Positions 37,823-46,798 of a stretch of DNA of 64,000 nt are shown piece by piece. The DNA comes from an uncultured bacterium (GTDB lineage: Bacteria; Krumholzibacteriota; Krumholzibacteriia; Krumholzibacteriales; Krumholzibacteriaceae). The notes under the pieces are model-generated. The model saw only the letters and a list, made by a program, of their open reading frames with translations. It ran no database searches and was not told the DNA's origin. Each line of letters begins with the position of its first letter. Position 1 is the first letter of the stretch. The stretch is taken from NCBI GenBank assembly GCA_963786935.1, contig CAWBAN010000003.1, positions 96,001-160,000 on the forward strand, written 5' to 3'. Both the position numbers and the translations under genes were made by a program.

Positions 37823-37868
37823 CCTCGGCCGGCGCCGCCCCCGATTATCTGCAAGGGAGGAATTCGGC

Positions 37869-39602
37869 ATGAGAGTATTCTGGAAATGCTTTTTCGCGAC
37901 CATCCTCGCGTTCGCCGTCATGGTGCTCGTCGTCGCCGGCATGGTGGCGTCGAAGAGCGAGGGCAAGAAGAAGATCGAAGGCCATTCGTACCTCGTCGTC
38001 GACATCTACGGCGAGATCGCCGAGTACGATGCGCCGAGCGGCGTCATGGCAGAGCTGATGGGCGGGAAGCCCGAGACGCTCCAGCGCGTGCTGGGCAATC
38101 TCGAGAAGGCCGCGCTCGACGATCGCATCGACGGCGTCATCTTCAAGATATCGTCGAGCAACACCGCCGGCCTCGCGAAGCTCGAGGAAATGCGGGGCGC
38201 GATCAAGAAGGTGCGGGCGGCGGGGAAGAAGGTGTACGCCTACACCGATTCGATGGACCGGAACGCCTTCTATCTCGCCGCGGCGTGCGATTCGATCTTC
38301 GCGCCGCCGCCGGCGAACGTCTCGTTCCTCGGCATGGCCGGCGGCTCGCAGCACGTCAAGAACACCCTCGACAAGCTCGGCATCAAGCCGAATCTCCACC
38401 AGATCCGCGAGTACAAGAGCGCGGCGGAGATGGTCACGCGCGCCGAGAGCTCTCCCGAGGCCCGGGAGAACAAGGAATGGCTGCTCGCCGAGCGCTGGGA
38501 CATGATGACGCAGGCCTTCAAGGAAGACCGGGGCTTCACCGACGAGAAGATCATCGAGCTCATGAGCTTCGCCCTCTACACCGCCCCCGAGGCGAAGGAC
38601 GCGGGGCTCGTGGACCGCGTGCTCTATTGGGATTCGCTCGAGAGCATGCTCAAGGGGGACGAGAAGAAGCTCCGCACGGTCTCGCAGGCGACCTACGCGG
38701 ACGTAAAACCGGAGAAGCTCGGCCTCAAGGGCTCGAAAAAAATCGCGGTCATCCACGCGAGCGGGATGATCGGCGGGAGGAAGAGCAAGGTCGATCCGCT
38801 CTTCGGCGTCATGATGGGGCACGAGAGCGTCGTCGCCGAGCTTCGCCGCGCGAAAGAGGACAAGGACGTCGCGGCGATCGTGTTCCGCGTCGACAGCCCC
38901 GGCGGCGAGGGGCTCGCGAGCGACCTCATCGGGCACGAGGTCGAGCTCGTCTCCAAGGAGAAGCCCATCGTCACCTCGATGGTCGACGTCGCGGGCTCCG
39001 GGGGATACTACATCGCCTACGAGGCTTCGAAGATCGTCGCCGATCCGATGACGCTCACCGGCTCGATCGGCTCGATCAGCATGAAGTTCAACATGAAGGG
39101 GCTCTACGACAAGCTCGGCGTCACCTACGACTTCGTCGAGAAGGGGCCGAACGCGCTCTTCTACTCCGATTACGCGGACTTCACGCCCGAGCAGCGGAAG
39201 CGTTTCGAGGAGAACCACTGGGCCGGCTTCGACATGTGGATGAGGGACGTCGCCGAGCACCGCAAGATGTCGTACGAGCAGATCACGAGTCTCGCCCTCG
39301 GGCGCGTGTGGACGGGGCGCCAGGCCAAGGGAAACGGCCTCGTCGACGAGCTGGGCGGCCTCGACAGGGCGATCGAGGTCGCGAAGGATCTCGCGAAGAT
39401 CCCCGCGGACCAGAAGGTCACCGTCGTGCACTATCCGAAGAAGAAGGGGCTCCTGCAGACGGTCCTCGGCGGCGAGGGGGGCGGCATGGCGGCGACGGCC
39501 AACTGGGTGATCTATCGATTCATCAGGGGCGATCTCGCCGAGACGTGGAACGCGCTCAACTCCCGGAATCTCTATCTGATCGACGACGGGGCGATGGAAT
39601 AG
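37869..39602 (+). CDS. sppA: Signal peptide peptidase SppA (S49, long form)
   Basis: YKSAAE, RVDSPGG, GSGGYYIA, TGSIG, GRVWTGRQA...LVDELGG. Confidence 0.92.
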   Translation: MRVFWKCFFATILAFAVMVLVVAGMVASKSEGKKKIEGHSYLVVDIYGEIAEYDAPSGVMAELMGGKPETLQRVLGNLEKAALDDRIDGVIFKISSSNTAGLAKLEEMRGAIKKVRAAGKKVYAYTDSMDRNAFYLAAACDSIFAPPPANVSFLGMAGGSQHVKNTLDKLGIKPNLHQIREYKSAAEMVTRAESSPEARENKEWLLAERWDMMTQAFKEDRGFTDEKIIELMSFALYTAPEAKDAGLVDRVLYWDSLESMLKGDEKKLRTVSQATYADVKPEKLGLKGSKKIAVIHASGMIGGRKSKVDPLFGVMMGHESVVAELRRAKEDKDVAAIVFRVDSPGGEGLASDLIGHEVELVSKEKPIVTSMVDVAGSGGYYIAYEASKIVADPMTLTGSIGSISMKFNMKGLYDKLGVTYDFVEKGPNALFYSDYADFTPEQRKRFEENHWAGFDMWMRDVAEHRKMSYEQITSLALGRVWTGRQAKGNGLVDELGGLDRAIEVAKDLAKIPADQKVTVVHYPKKKGLLQTVLGGEGGGMAATANWVIYRFIRGDLAETWNALNSRNLYLIDDGAME

Positions 39603-39636
39603 GCCCCGCCGAACCGCTATTGGCGAGGAGGACGAA

Positions 39637-41706
39637 TTGTCTCGAACAAGCGCCCGCACGATCGCGTGCGCGGCCGCCCTTGTGTTGCTCGTTTCGACGG
39701 GCGCGCTCGGCGCGGCGCGCCCCATGACGGCCGATGATCTGTGGAAGATGAAACGCGTCGGCTCGCTCTCCGTTTCTCCCGACGGGAGCCGAGCGGCGGT
39801 CGTCGTGACCGAGTACGACGTCGCGAAGAACGAGGGGCAGGGGGATATCTGGCTCGTCAAAACCGACGGGTCCGGCGCGGTCCGCTTCACGACCGGCGCG
39901 ACGACGGAAAGCTCACCCGTCTGGAGCCCATGCGGCAGGAAGCTCGCGTTCGTCGCGAAGCGCGGGGGGGACGACAAGCCGCAGCTCTACGTGATCTCGC
40001 TCGACGGCGGCGAAGCGGCGCGCCTGACCGAGATGCCGCTCGGCGTCTCGAACCTGCGGTGGGCGGGGCACAAGATATTCTTCGTTTCCGACGTGCTGCC
40101 CGGCTACGAGGGAAAGCTCGATTCGATGAAGGCCGAGCTCGACCGGCGCGAAGGGCGGAAGGTCTCGGCGAAGACGACCGAGGCGCGGCTCTACCGCTAC
40201 TGGGATCACTGGCTCACCGACGGGACCATGCCCCACCTCTTCTCGATCGAATGCAAGAGCGGCCGCGGCGGCGCGCTCGTCGATCTCACCCCCGGCTGGG
40301 ACCGGTTCCTCACCGACTCGGGCGAGCTCGATTACGACGTCTCCCCGGACGCGAAGGAGATCGCCCTCTCGGCGCTCGAGTTCGGGGCGCCCTACGACTC
40401 GCTCGTATACGACATCTATCTGATCGACGCGGCCGCGCCCGGGCCGCCGCGGGACATCACGCCGGAGAATCCGGCCGACGATCTCTCGCCGCGATACACG
40501 CCCGACGGCAAGCACCTTCTCTACGGCATGCAGAGGATCCCCGGATTCTACGGCGATCGCGTGCGGCTCGTGCGCTACGACCGTTCGACCGGCGAGAAGA
40601 AGGTTCTCACCGAAAGCTGGGACCGCTCCCCGTCGCGCTGGGCCGCGTCGAAAGACGGGAAGACCGTCTTCTTCTGCGCGGAGGACCGGGCCGCGACCTC
40701 GATCTTCTCGATCGGGCTGAGCGGCGGCGCGGTGAAGGAGGTATACCGGGGAGGAACGAACGCCCCGGTCGAGATCACGGACGGCGGGAAGCTCGTCTTA
40801 CTCCACAACGATCTCTCGAAGCCGAACGAGGTCTATACCGTCCTCGCGAGCGGGAAGGGACTCCGCAAGCTCACCTCGTTCAACGACGAGATCCTCGCCG
40901 GCCTCGATTTCGGCCGCGTCGAGGACGTCTCGTTCAAGGGCTTCGGCGGAGCGGACGTGCAGATGTACCTCGTGTATCCCCCGGGATTCGACGCGGCGAA
41001 GAAATGGCCGCTCCTCATCCTCGTGCACGGCGGGCCGCACGGCATCTTCGGCGACGAGTTCCACTTCAGATGGAACGCGCACGCGTTCGCCGCTCCCGGC
41101 TACGTGACGGCGCTCGTGAACTTCCACGGCTCCTCGAGCTTCGGGCAGGATTTCACCGACGCGATCACGGCGGAGCACGGGCGCAAGCCCTTCGAGGACG
41201 TGATGAAGGCGGCCGACCTCCTCGTGGGCAGGGGATTCGTCGACGAGAAGCGCATGGCGGTCGCGGGGGGAAGCTACGGGGGATATCTCGTGAGCTGGAT
41301 CGGGACGCAGACCGGCCGCTTCGCCTGCCTCGTCAACCACGCGGGGGTGTTCGACCTCTGCACGCAGTTCGGCTCGGACGTGACCTTCGGGCGCGAGCGC
41401 TCGTACGGCGGCACGCCGTGGACGAATCTGGCGGACGTCATCCGGTGGAGCCCCGCGCACAACATGGCGAACTACGTGACGCCGACCCTCGTCGTCCAGG
41501 GCGAGCGGGATTACCGCGTGCCGGTCGGCAACGCCCTCGAGGTCTACGGCATGCTCGGGGAGAAGGGCGTCCCCGCGAAGCTCGTCTATTTCCCCGACGA
41601 GAACCACTGGGTGCTCAAGCCGCAGAACTCGATATTCTGGTACGGCGAGGTGCACGATTGGCTCGGTCGGTACATCGGCGCCGGGCCGCATTCTATTGTA
41701 AAATAA
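39637..41706 (+). CDS. S9 family (prolyl oligopeptidase/dipeptidyl peptidase-like) serine peptidase
   Basis: Signal peptide, beta-propeller, HGGP, GGSYGG, D in DYRVP, H in ENHW. Confidence 0.92.
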   Translation: MSRTSARTIACAAALVLLVSTGALGAARPMTADDLWKMKRVGSLSVSPDGSRAAVVVTEYDVAKNEGQGDIWLVKTDGSGAVRFTTGATTESSPVWSPCGRKLAFVAKRGGDDKPQLYVISLDGGEAARLTEMPLGVSNLRWAGHKIFFVSDVLPGYEGKLDSMKAELDRREGRKVSAKTTEARLYRYWDHWLTDGTMPHLFSIECKSGRGGALVDLTPGWDRFLTDSGELDYDVSPDAKEIALSALEFGAPYDSLVYDIYLIDAAAPGPPRDITPENPADDLSPRYTPDGKHLLYGMQRIPGFYGDRVRLVRYDRSTGEKKVLTESWDRSPSRWAASKDGKTVFFCAEDRAATSIFSIGLSGGAVKEVYRGGTNAPVEITDGGKLVLLHNDLSKPNEVYTVLASGKGLRKLTSFNDEILAGLDFGRVEDVSFKGFGGADVQMYLVYPPGFDAAKKWPLLILVHGGPHGIFGDEFHFRWNAHAFAAPGYVTALVNFHGSSSFGQDFTDAITAEHGRKPFEDVMKAADLLVGRGFVDEKRMAVAGGSYGGYLVSWIGTQTGRFACLVNHAGVFDLCTQFGSDVTFGRERSYGGTPWTNLADVIRWSPAHNMANYVTPTLVVQGERDYRVPVGNALEVYGMLGEKGVPAKLVYFPDENHWVLKPQNSIFWYGEVHDWLGRYIGAGPHSIVK

Positions 41707-41806
41707 TTAATTATGCTAATTGACGGCCGCGATCGCGTGGGGCGCCGCGTGCTTGTTCCCGCCTCGAAGAGCATACGTCTTCTGAGTGAAATACCTCATT
41801 ACGGGA

Positions 41807-41836
41807 TTGACATTTTGCTCCGATTGGAGGTATAAT
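41807..41836 (+). promoter_or_regulatory. Consensus sigma70 promoter for paralog B
   Basis: TTGACA-N18-TATAAT. Confidence 0.75.
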
Positions 41837-41990
41837 CACCTGCGAAATAGTCCAACAAAGCCACGGGTTCGGAACACTGGTGCTTTTGCGGGCAGACTCG
41901 CTCAAACTGCCTTTCCGGGGGGGGTGCATCAATCGCTCAATTGGTATCGTCTGTCAACGTTGCTTTACCACGTTCCGGAAGGGGGATGAA

Positions 41991-42695
41991 ATGAGAGTAT
42001 TGAGAATATTCGTCATATCGGCTGCCGCGATGCTCATCGCCGGCGCGGCCTACGCGGTGTGTGCGCATGCGCCCCTGCAGGGATCGTACTCGACGACCAA
42101 CGGCTCGATGATCGGCGGGCGCGTGTCCGAGGCGTTCTGCAGCGGCGTCGGCCCCGGCCAGCCGGGCAACATGCAGAACGCGATGTCCTGGAACGGCGCG
42201 GCTCTCGGAACGCAGTGGACCGTGAGCGGCATGACGATCGACGCCGCCGGCGCCGTCCTCAAGAAGGACGCGGTCGACGGCTCGGGCTTCGGCTACCGGG
42301 ATTACGTCACCAACTACACCGGCGGAACGTTCTGGCTGTCGGGCGCCGGCGCATGGGGAGATGGGCTCGGGGACTTCACCGGCACGATCACCTATTACAA
42401 CGTCAGCACGAGGATCAGCTTCATGGGCGGCATGCCGATCGGAGCGACGTCCAATATCAGCTTCCGCGGCGCGTTCGCCGACTGCGCCTACTGCTTCATC
42501 GACTACGCGGTGGCGAACTCGATGCTCATGTGGACGACCGGCGACGGCGCGATGCCCGCGAACTACCCGCCGTTCCTCTGTAGCGCGAACGCCGGCGAGC
42601 TGCACGACGTCTGCTGCGTCACGATGCACATCCTCTGCGACGTGACGGCGACCGAAGACAGCGCGTGGGGAGCGATCAAGAGCCTCTATCGCTAG
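41991..42695 (+). CDS. Secreted 8-Cys protein with C-terminal AWGAIKSLY motif (paralog B)
   Basis: Signal peptide; shares GGR.SEA.CSG.GPG, FWLSGAG.WG and MPANYPPF.C with paralog A. Confidence 0.8.
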   Translation: MRVLRIFVISAAAMLIAGAAYAVCAHAPLQGSYSTTNGSMIGGRVSEAFCSGVGPGQPGNMQNAMSWNGAALGTQWTVSGMTIDAAGAVLKKDAVDGSGFGYRDYVTNYTGGTFWLSGAGAWGDGLGDFTGTITYYNVSTRISFMGGMPIGATSNISFRGAFADCAYCFIDYAVANSMLMWTTGDGAMPANYPPFLCSANAGELHDVCCVTMHILCDVTATEDSAWGAIKSLYR

Positions 42696-42723
42696 ACGCC
42701 GCATCCTATTTCCTGTACGGTAC

Positions 42724-42755
42724 GGGGGTCGGCCCGATGTGGCCGGCCCCCTTTT
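42724..42755 (+). terminator. Rho-independent terminator
   Basis: GGGGGTCGGCC...GGCCGGCCCCC followed by TTTT. Confidence 0.7.
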
Positions 42756-42779
42756 CGTGCGCCAGCTGAGGAGGATCGG

Positions 42780-44480
42780 ATGAAAGGAATGGTGCTCGTG
42801 ATCTTCATGCTCGCCGCGCTGACCCCCGATTTCGCTTCGGCGTACGACAGGCCGGCGGGGAAAATGCACGCCTCTCGCTCCGAGACGATCGCCGAGCACG
42901 GCATGGTGTGCGCGGCGCAGCCCCTCGCCGTCGAGATCGGCGTCGGGATTCTCAAGGCGGGCGGGAGCGCCGTCGACGCGGCGATCGCCGTGAACGCCGC
43001 GCTCGGGCTCATGGAGCCCGTCTCGTGCGGCGTCGGCGGCGATCTCTTCGCCATCGTGTGGGACGCGAAGACGCAGAAGCTCTACGGCCTCAACGCGAGC
43101 GGCCGGGCCCCGGCGCTGCTGACGATCGACGAGGTGAAGAAGCGGGGATTGTCCTCGATGCCGTACACGGGCGTCGTGCCGCAGACCGTGCCCGGCTGCG
43201 TCGACGGCTGGTTCGAGCTCCACACAAAGTTCGGGAAGCTCCCGATGAAGGATCTGCTCGCGCCCGCGATTAAATACGCGGAGGAAGGCTTCCCGGTGAC
43301 CGAGGTCATCGCGCACTACTGGGCGATCGGCGGCCGGCGCCTCAAGGACGAGCCGAATTTCTCCGCGACCTATCTTCCCGGCGGCCGCGCGCCGTCGACG
43401 GGGGAGATCTTCCGCAATCCCGACCTCGCGCGGACCTACCGGATTCTCGCGAAAGACGGGCGCGACGCCTTCTACTGCGGCGAGCTCGCCCGGACGATCG
43501 ACGCCTTCGAGCGCCGCATCGGCGGCTACCTGAGGCTCGGCGATCTCGAGAAGCACTCGTCGACATGGGTGCAGCCGGTGAGCGCCGGCTACCGCGGCTA
43601 CGACCTCTGGGAGCTCCCGCCGAACGGGCAGGGGATCGCCGCGCTCCAGATGCTCAACATCCTCGAAGGCTACGATCTCTCGAAGCTCGGATTCGGGAGC
43701 GCCGAGGCGCTCCATCTCATGATCGAGGCGAAGAAGCTCGCCTTCGAGGACGCGGCACGATTCTACGCCGATCCCGATTTCGTGAAGGTGCCGGTCGAGC
43801 GGCTCGTTTCGAAGGAGTACGCCGCCGAGCGGCGCGCGCTCATCTCGATGGAACGCGCGCTCCGCGAGATCCCGCCGGGGGACGTGCGTCTCGAGACGGG
43901 CGAGACGACGTACCTCGTCGTCGCCGACAAGGACCGCAACTTCGTCTCGCTCATCCAGAGCAACTACGCCGGCTTCGGCTCGGGCCCCGTGCCCGACGGG
44001 CTCGGATTCTGCCTGCAGGACCGGGGCGCCCTCTTCAACCTCGACCCGAAGCACCCGAACGCGCTCGTTCCGGGAAAGCGCCCCTTCCACACGATCATTC
44101 CCGCGATGGTCACGCGCGAGGGGAAGCCGGTATTCGCCTTCGGCGTCATGGGAGGCTCGATGCAGCCGCAGGGACACGTGCAGGTGCTCTGCAACATCAT
44201 CGACTTCGGGATGAATATTCAAGAGGCGGGGGATGCCCCGCGGTTCAATCACTCCGGGTCGTCGGAGCCGACGGGCGAAATCATGCGGGACGGCGGCGAG
44301 GTGGCGCTCGAGAACGGATTCGCGCCCGAGGCCGTCCGCTCCCTCATGGAGAAGGGGCACAAGGTCGTGGGGGACACCGGCGGCTTCGGCGGCTATCAGG
44401 GCATCTGGTGGGACTGGAAGAGCGACGTTCTGCGCGGCGGCTCCGAGTCCCGCAAGGACGGCTGCGCGATGGGGTACTAG
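42780..44480 (+). CDS. ggt: Gamma-glutamyltransferase
   Basis: GGSAVDAAIA, autocleavage Thr in ETTYLVVAD, KRPFHTIIP, GVMGG..QPQG, SRKDG. Confidence 0.92.
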   Translation: MKGMVLVIFMLAALTPDFASAYDRPAGKMHASRSETIAEHGMVCAAQPLAVEIGVGILKAGGSAVDAAIAVNAALGLMEPVSCGVGGDLFAIVWDAKTQKLYGLNASGRAPALLTIDEVKKRGLSSMPYTGVVPQTVPGCVDGWFELHTKFGKLPMKDLLAPAIKYAEEGFPVTEVIAHYWAIGGRRLKDEPNFSATYLPGGRAPSTGEIFRNPDLARTYRILAKDGRDAFYCGELARTIDAFERRIGGYLRLGDLEKHSSTWVQPVSAGYRGYDLWELPPNGQGIAALQMLNILEGYDLSKLGFGSAEALHLMIEAKKLAFEDAARFYADPDFVKVPVERLVSKEYAAERRALISMERALREIPPGDVRLETGETTYLVVADKDRNFVSLIQSNYAGFGSGPVPDGLGFCLQDRGALFNLDPKHPNALVPGKRPFHTIIPAMVTREGKPVFAFGVMGGSMQPQGHVQVLCNIIDFGMNIQEAGDAPRFNHSGSSEPTGEIMRDGGEVALENGFAPEAVRSLMEKGHKVVGDTGGFGGYQGIWWDWKSDVLRGGSESRKDGCAMGY

Positions 44481-44521
44481 GAGTCGTCCCGGGCCCGCGG
44501 AGCTTCCGGCGCGGCGCGGCG

Positions 44522-45079
44522 TCAGCCTCGAGACAAAAGCACCGCCCTGCTCCGCGCGATCTTCGGATAATCGACGATCTTGAAACCGGCCTTTTGTGCG
44601 GCGGCGATGGAGTCCGCGTAAGCGCACCCCGAGACGTGCATTTTCGGCTCCACGACGAGGAAGCAGGCGTCCGGGGCGAGGGTCGACCGCACGAGCGCAA
44701 AGAACGCCTCAGCGTCCGGCACCTCGTGCACCATGTAAAAGGCGAGCGCGAAGTCGACTTTCCCCGCGAGGTCCTTCGCCCAGTCGCCGTCGGATTTGAC
44801 GAGGCGCGTCTCGATGCGGTGCAGAAGCCCCGCTTTCGCCGCGCGCTTCTCGATCTGAGCGAGCATCGGGAGCTGGACGTCCGCTGCGATGACCCTGCCG
44901 TCGGCGCCGGCAAACCGCGCGAGATCGAGGGTGAAGGTCGCCATGCCGGGGCCGAGATCGAGCACGGTCATCCCCGGGCGCACGTGCGGCGCGATGATCT
45001 TCCGCGGATCGTGAACGAATCTCCTGAGGGGATTCGAGAGAAAATATCCGAACCACCAGGGACAGACGTGCGGCGACAT
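44522..45079 (-). CDS. Class I SAM-dependent methyltransferase
   Basis: VLDLGPGMATFT motif I, AADVQ, MVHEV. Confidence 0.85.
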   Translation of the reverse strand: MSPHVCPWWFGYFLSNPLRRFVHDPRKIIAPHVRPGMTVLDLGPGMATFTLDLARFAGADGRVIAADVQLPMLAQIEKRAAKAGLLHRIETRLVKSDGDWAKDLAGKVDFALAFYMVHEVPDAEAFFALVRSTLAPDACFLVVEPKMHVSGCAYADSIAAAQKAGFKIVDYPKIARSRAVLLSRG

Positions 45080-45187
45080 GGTTCCTCCTTCAAGGGGGCA
45101 GCGCCCCTCGGGGGCGTCAGGATAGGGGAGCATCGCCCTCGGGGCCGTCAGTATAGCCGATCAGCGGCAATTCGTATCAATTTTTTA

Positions 45188-45216
45188 TTGCACTTCCCGG
45201 CAAGTTCGGCTAGCTT
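45188..45216 (+). promoter_or_regulatory. sigma70 promoter for the small ORF and kynU
   Basis: TTGCAC-N17-TAGCTT preceded by a T-rich tract. Confidence 0.5.
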
Positions 45217-45257
45217 CGGATTAACGGTAAACTCGAACTCGAACCAGGAGGTCGAAC

Positions 45258-45404
45258 ATGAAGAAGGTAGTCCTCTGCAGCGGAAGCAAGTGCTGCCCCG
45301 AGGCCCTCATCGACGGCGATCTCGTGAAGATCACGGACGACGACGGCGGCACGGTCAAGTTGACCAAAGAGCAGGTCAAGATTCTCTGGGAAAACCTGAA
45401 GTAA
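45258..45404 (+). CDS. 48-aa small protein (absent from the ORF track)
   Basis: CAGGAGG SD; MKKVVLCSGSKCCPEALIDGDLVKITDDDGGTVKLTKEQVKILWENLK; host-like codon usage. Confidence 0.75.
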   Translation: MKKVVLCSGSKCCPEALIDGDLVKITDDDGGTVKLTKEQVKILWENLK

Positions 45405-45407
45405 CCC

Positions 45408-46745
45408 ATGAGGGATGCGGGTTCGCATAGAGGCGCTCCGGAGCGATCCGGAGCGCCTTCTGGTTTTCGGGACACATCCGAAGAATGCGCGTTCGCGCTG
45501 GACGTCGATTGCCCGCTCGCCCCGTTTCGCTCGCGGTTCAGGATTCCCCCCGGCACCATCTACATGGACGGCAATTCCCTCGGCCTTCTCTCGCGGGACG
45601 CCGAGGAGTCGCTCGCCCGCGCCGTCGACGCGTGGAAGCTGCTCGGCATCCGCGGCTGGCTCGAGGCGGAGCCGCCGTGGTTCTATCTCGCGGAGCGGCT
45701 CGGCGCCCTCGCGGCGCCGCTCGTCGGGGCGTCCCCCGAAGAGGTGGTTGCGACGGGGACGACCACGCTCAACGTTCACTCCCTCGTCGGAACGCTGTAC
45801 CGCCCCGCCGGAAGACGGACGAAGATCATCGCGAGCGCCCTCGAGTTTCCGACGGACATCTACGCGCTGCGCAGCTGGGTCTCCCTGCGCGGACTCGATC
45901 CCGCGGAGCATCTGGTGCTCCTCCCGCCGTCCGCGGACGGTCTCGTCGACGAGAGCGCGGTCATCGAGCGCATGACCGACGACGTCGCGCTCGCCCTCCT
46001 CTCGTCGGTGCTCTACCGGAGCGGCCAGCTCCTCGACATTGAGACGCTCGCGCGCGCCGCGCGGGAGCGGGGCGTGACGATCGGCTTCGATTGCTCGCAT
46101 TCCGTCGGGGCCGTGCCGCACCGCTTCGACGAATGGGGGATCGACTTCGCGCTCTGGTGCGGGTACAAGTATCTCAACGGTGGGCCGGGGGCGCCGGCGT
46201 TCCTGTACCTCAACCGCAGACACTTCGATCGCATGCCGGCGCTCGCCGGCTGGTTCGGCTGCGTCAAAGAGCGGCAGTTCGAAATGAGCGCCGGATTCGA
46301 GCACGCGCCAAGTGCGGGGGGCTGGCAGCTCTCGTCCCCCGGAATTCTCGCCTCCTCGGCGCTCCTCGGCGCTCTCGGGATCACGCTCGAGGCGGGAATC
46401 GATGCCATCCGCGCGGAATCGCTCCGCAAGACATCGTACTTCATATATCTTGTGGAAGAGCTCCTCGCCGGAGAGCCGTACCGCTTCCGCGTCGGCACGC
46501 CGCGCGAAGCGGCGCGCCGCGGCGGGCACGTGGCGGTCGAGCATTCGGAAGCGTGGAGAATGTGCGAGGCGCTCAAGAAGCGCGGCGTCGTGCCGGATTT
46601 CCGGCCGCCGAACGTCATACGGCTCGCGCCGATCGCGCTTTACAGCACCTACCACGAGATCTGGACCGTCGTGAGGCACCTGCGGGAGATCGTCCAGCGG
46701 CGGGAGCACGAGTCGTTCGATCGCGCGCCGCGGGTCATTCCCTGA
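45408..46745 (+). CDS. kynU: Kynureninase
   Basis: YMDGNSLG, EFPTDIYA, FDCSHSVG, WCGYKYLNGGPG, GWFG, DFRPP. Confidence 0.9.
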   Translation: MRDAGSHRGAPERSGAPSGFRDTSEECAFALDVDCPLAPFRSRFRIPPGTIYMDGNSLGLLSRDAEESLARAVDAWKLLGIRGWLEAEPPWFYLAERLGALAAPLVGASPEEVVATGTTTLNVHSLVGTLYRPAGRRTKIIASALEFPTDIYALRSWVSLRGLDPAEHLVLLPPSADGLVDESAVIERMTDDVALALLSSVLYRSGQLLDIETLARAARERGVTIGFDCSHSVGAVPHRFDEWGIDFALWCGYKYLNGGPGAPAFLYLNRRHFDRMPALAGWFGCVKERQFEMSAGFEHAPSAGGWQLSSPGILASSALLGALGITLEAGIDAIRAESLRKTSYFIYLVEELLAGEPYRFRVGTPREAARRGGHVAVEHSEAWRMCEALKKRGVVPDFRPPNVIRLAPIALYSTYHEIWTVVRHLREIVQRREHESFDRAPRVIP

Positions 46746-46798
46746 TTCGCGTGGGCTTCTGCGGCGCATCCTTGCAGCGGGGCGCCGCTCGCAGTCCG

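Noticed and set aside
41840..41935. c-di-GMP-I riboswitch (CAAAGCCACGGG resemblance)
   Set aside because: The upstream GGCAAACC/GNRA stem is absent, so it cannot be supported without an Infernal scan.
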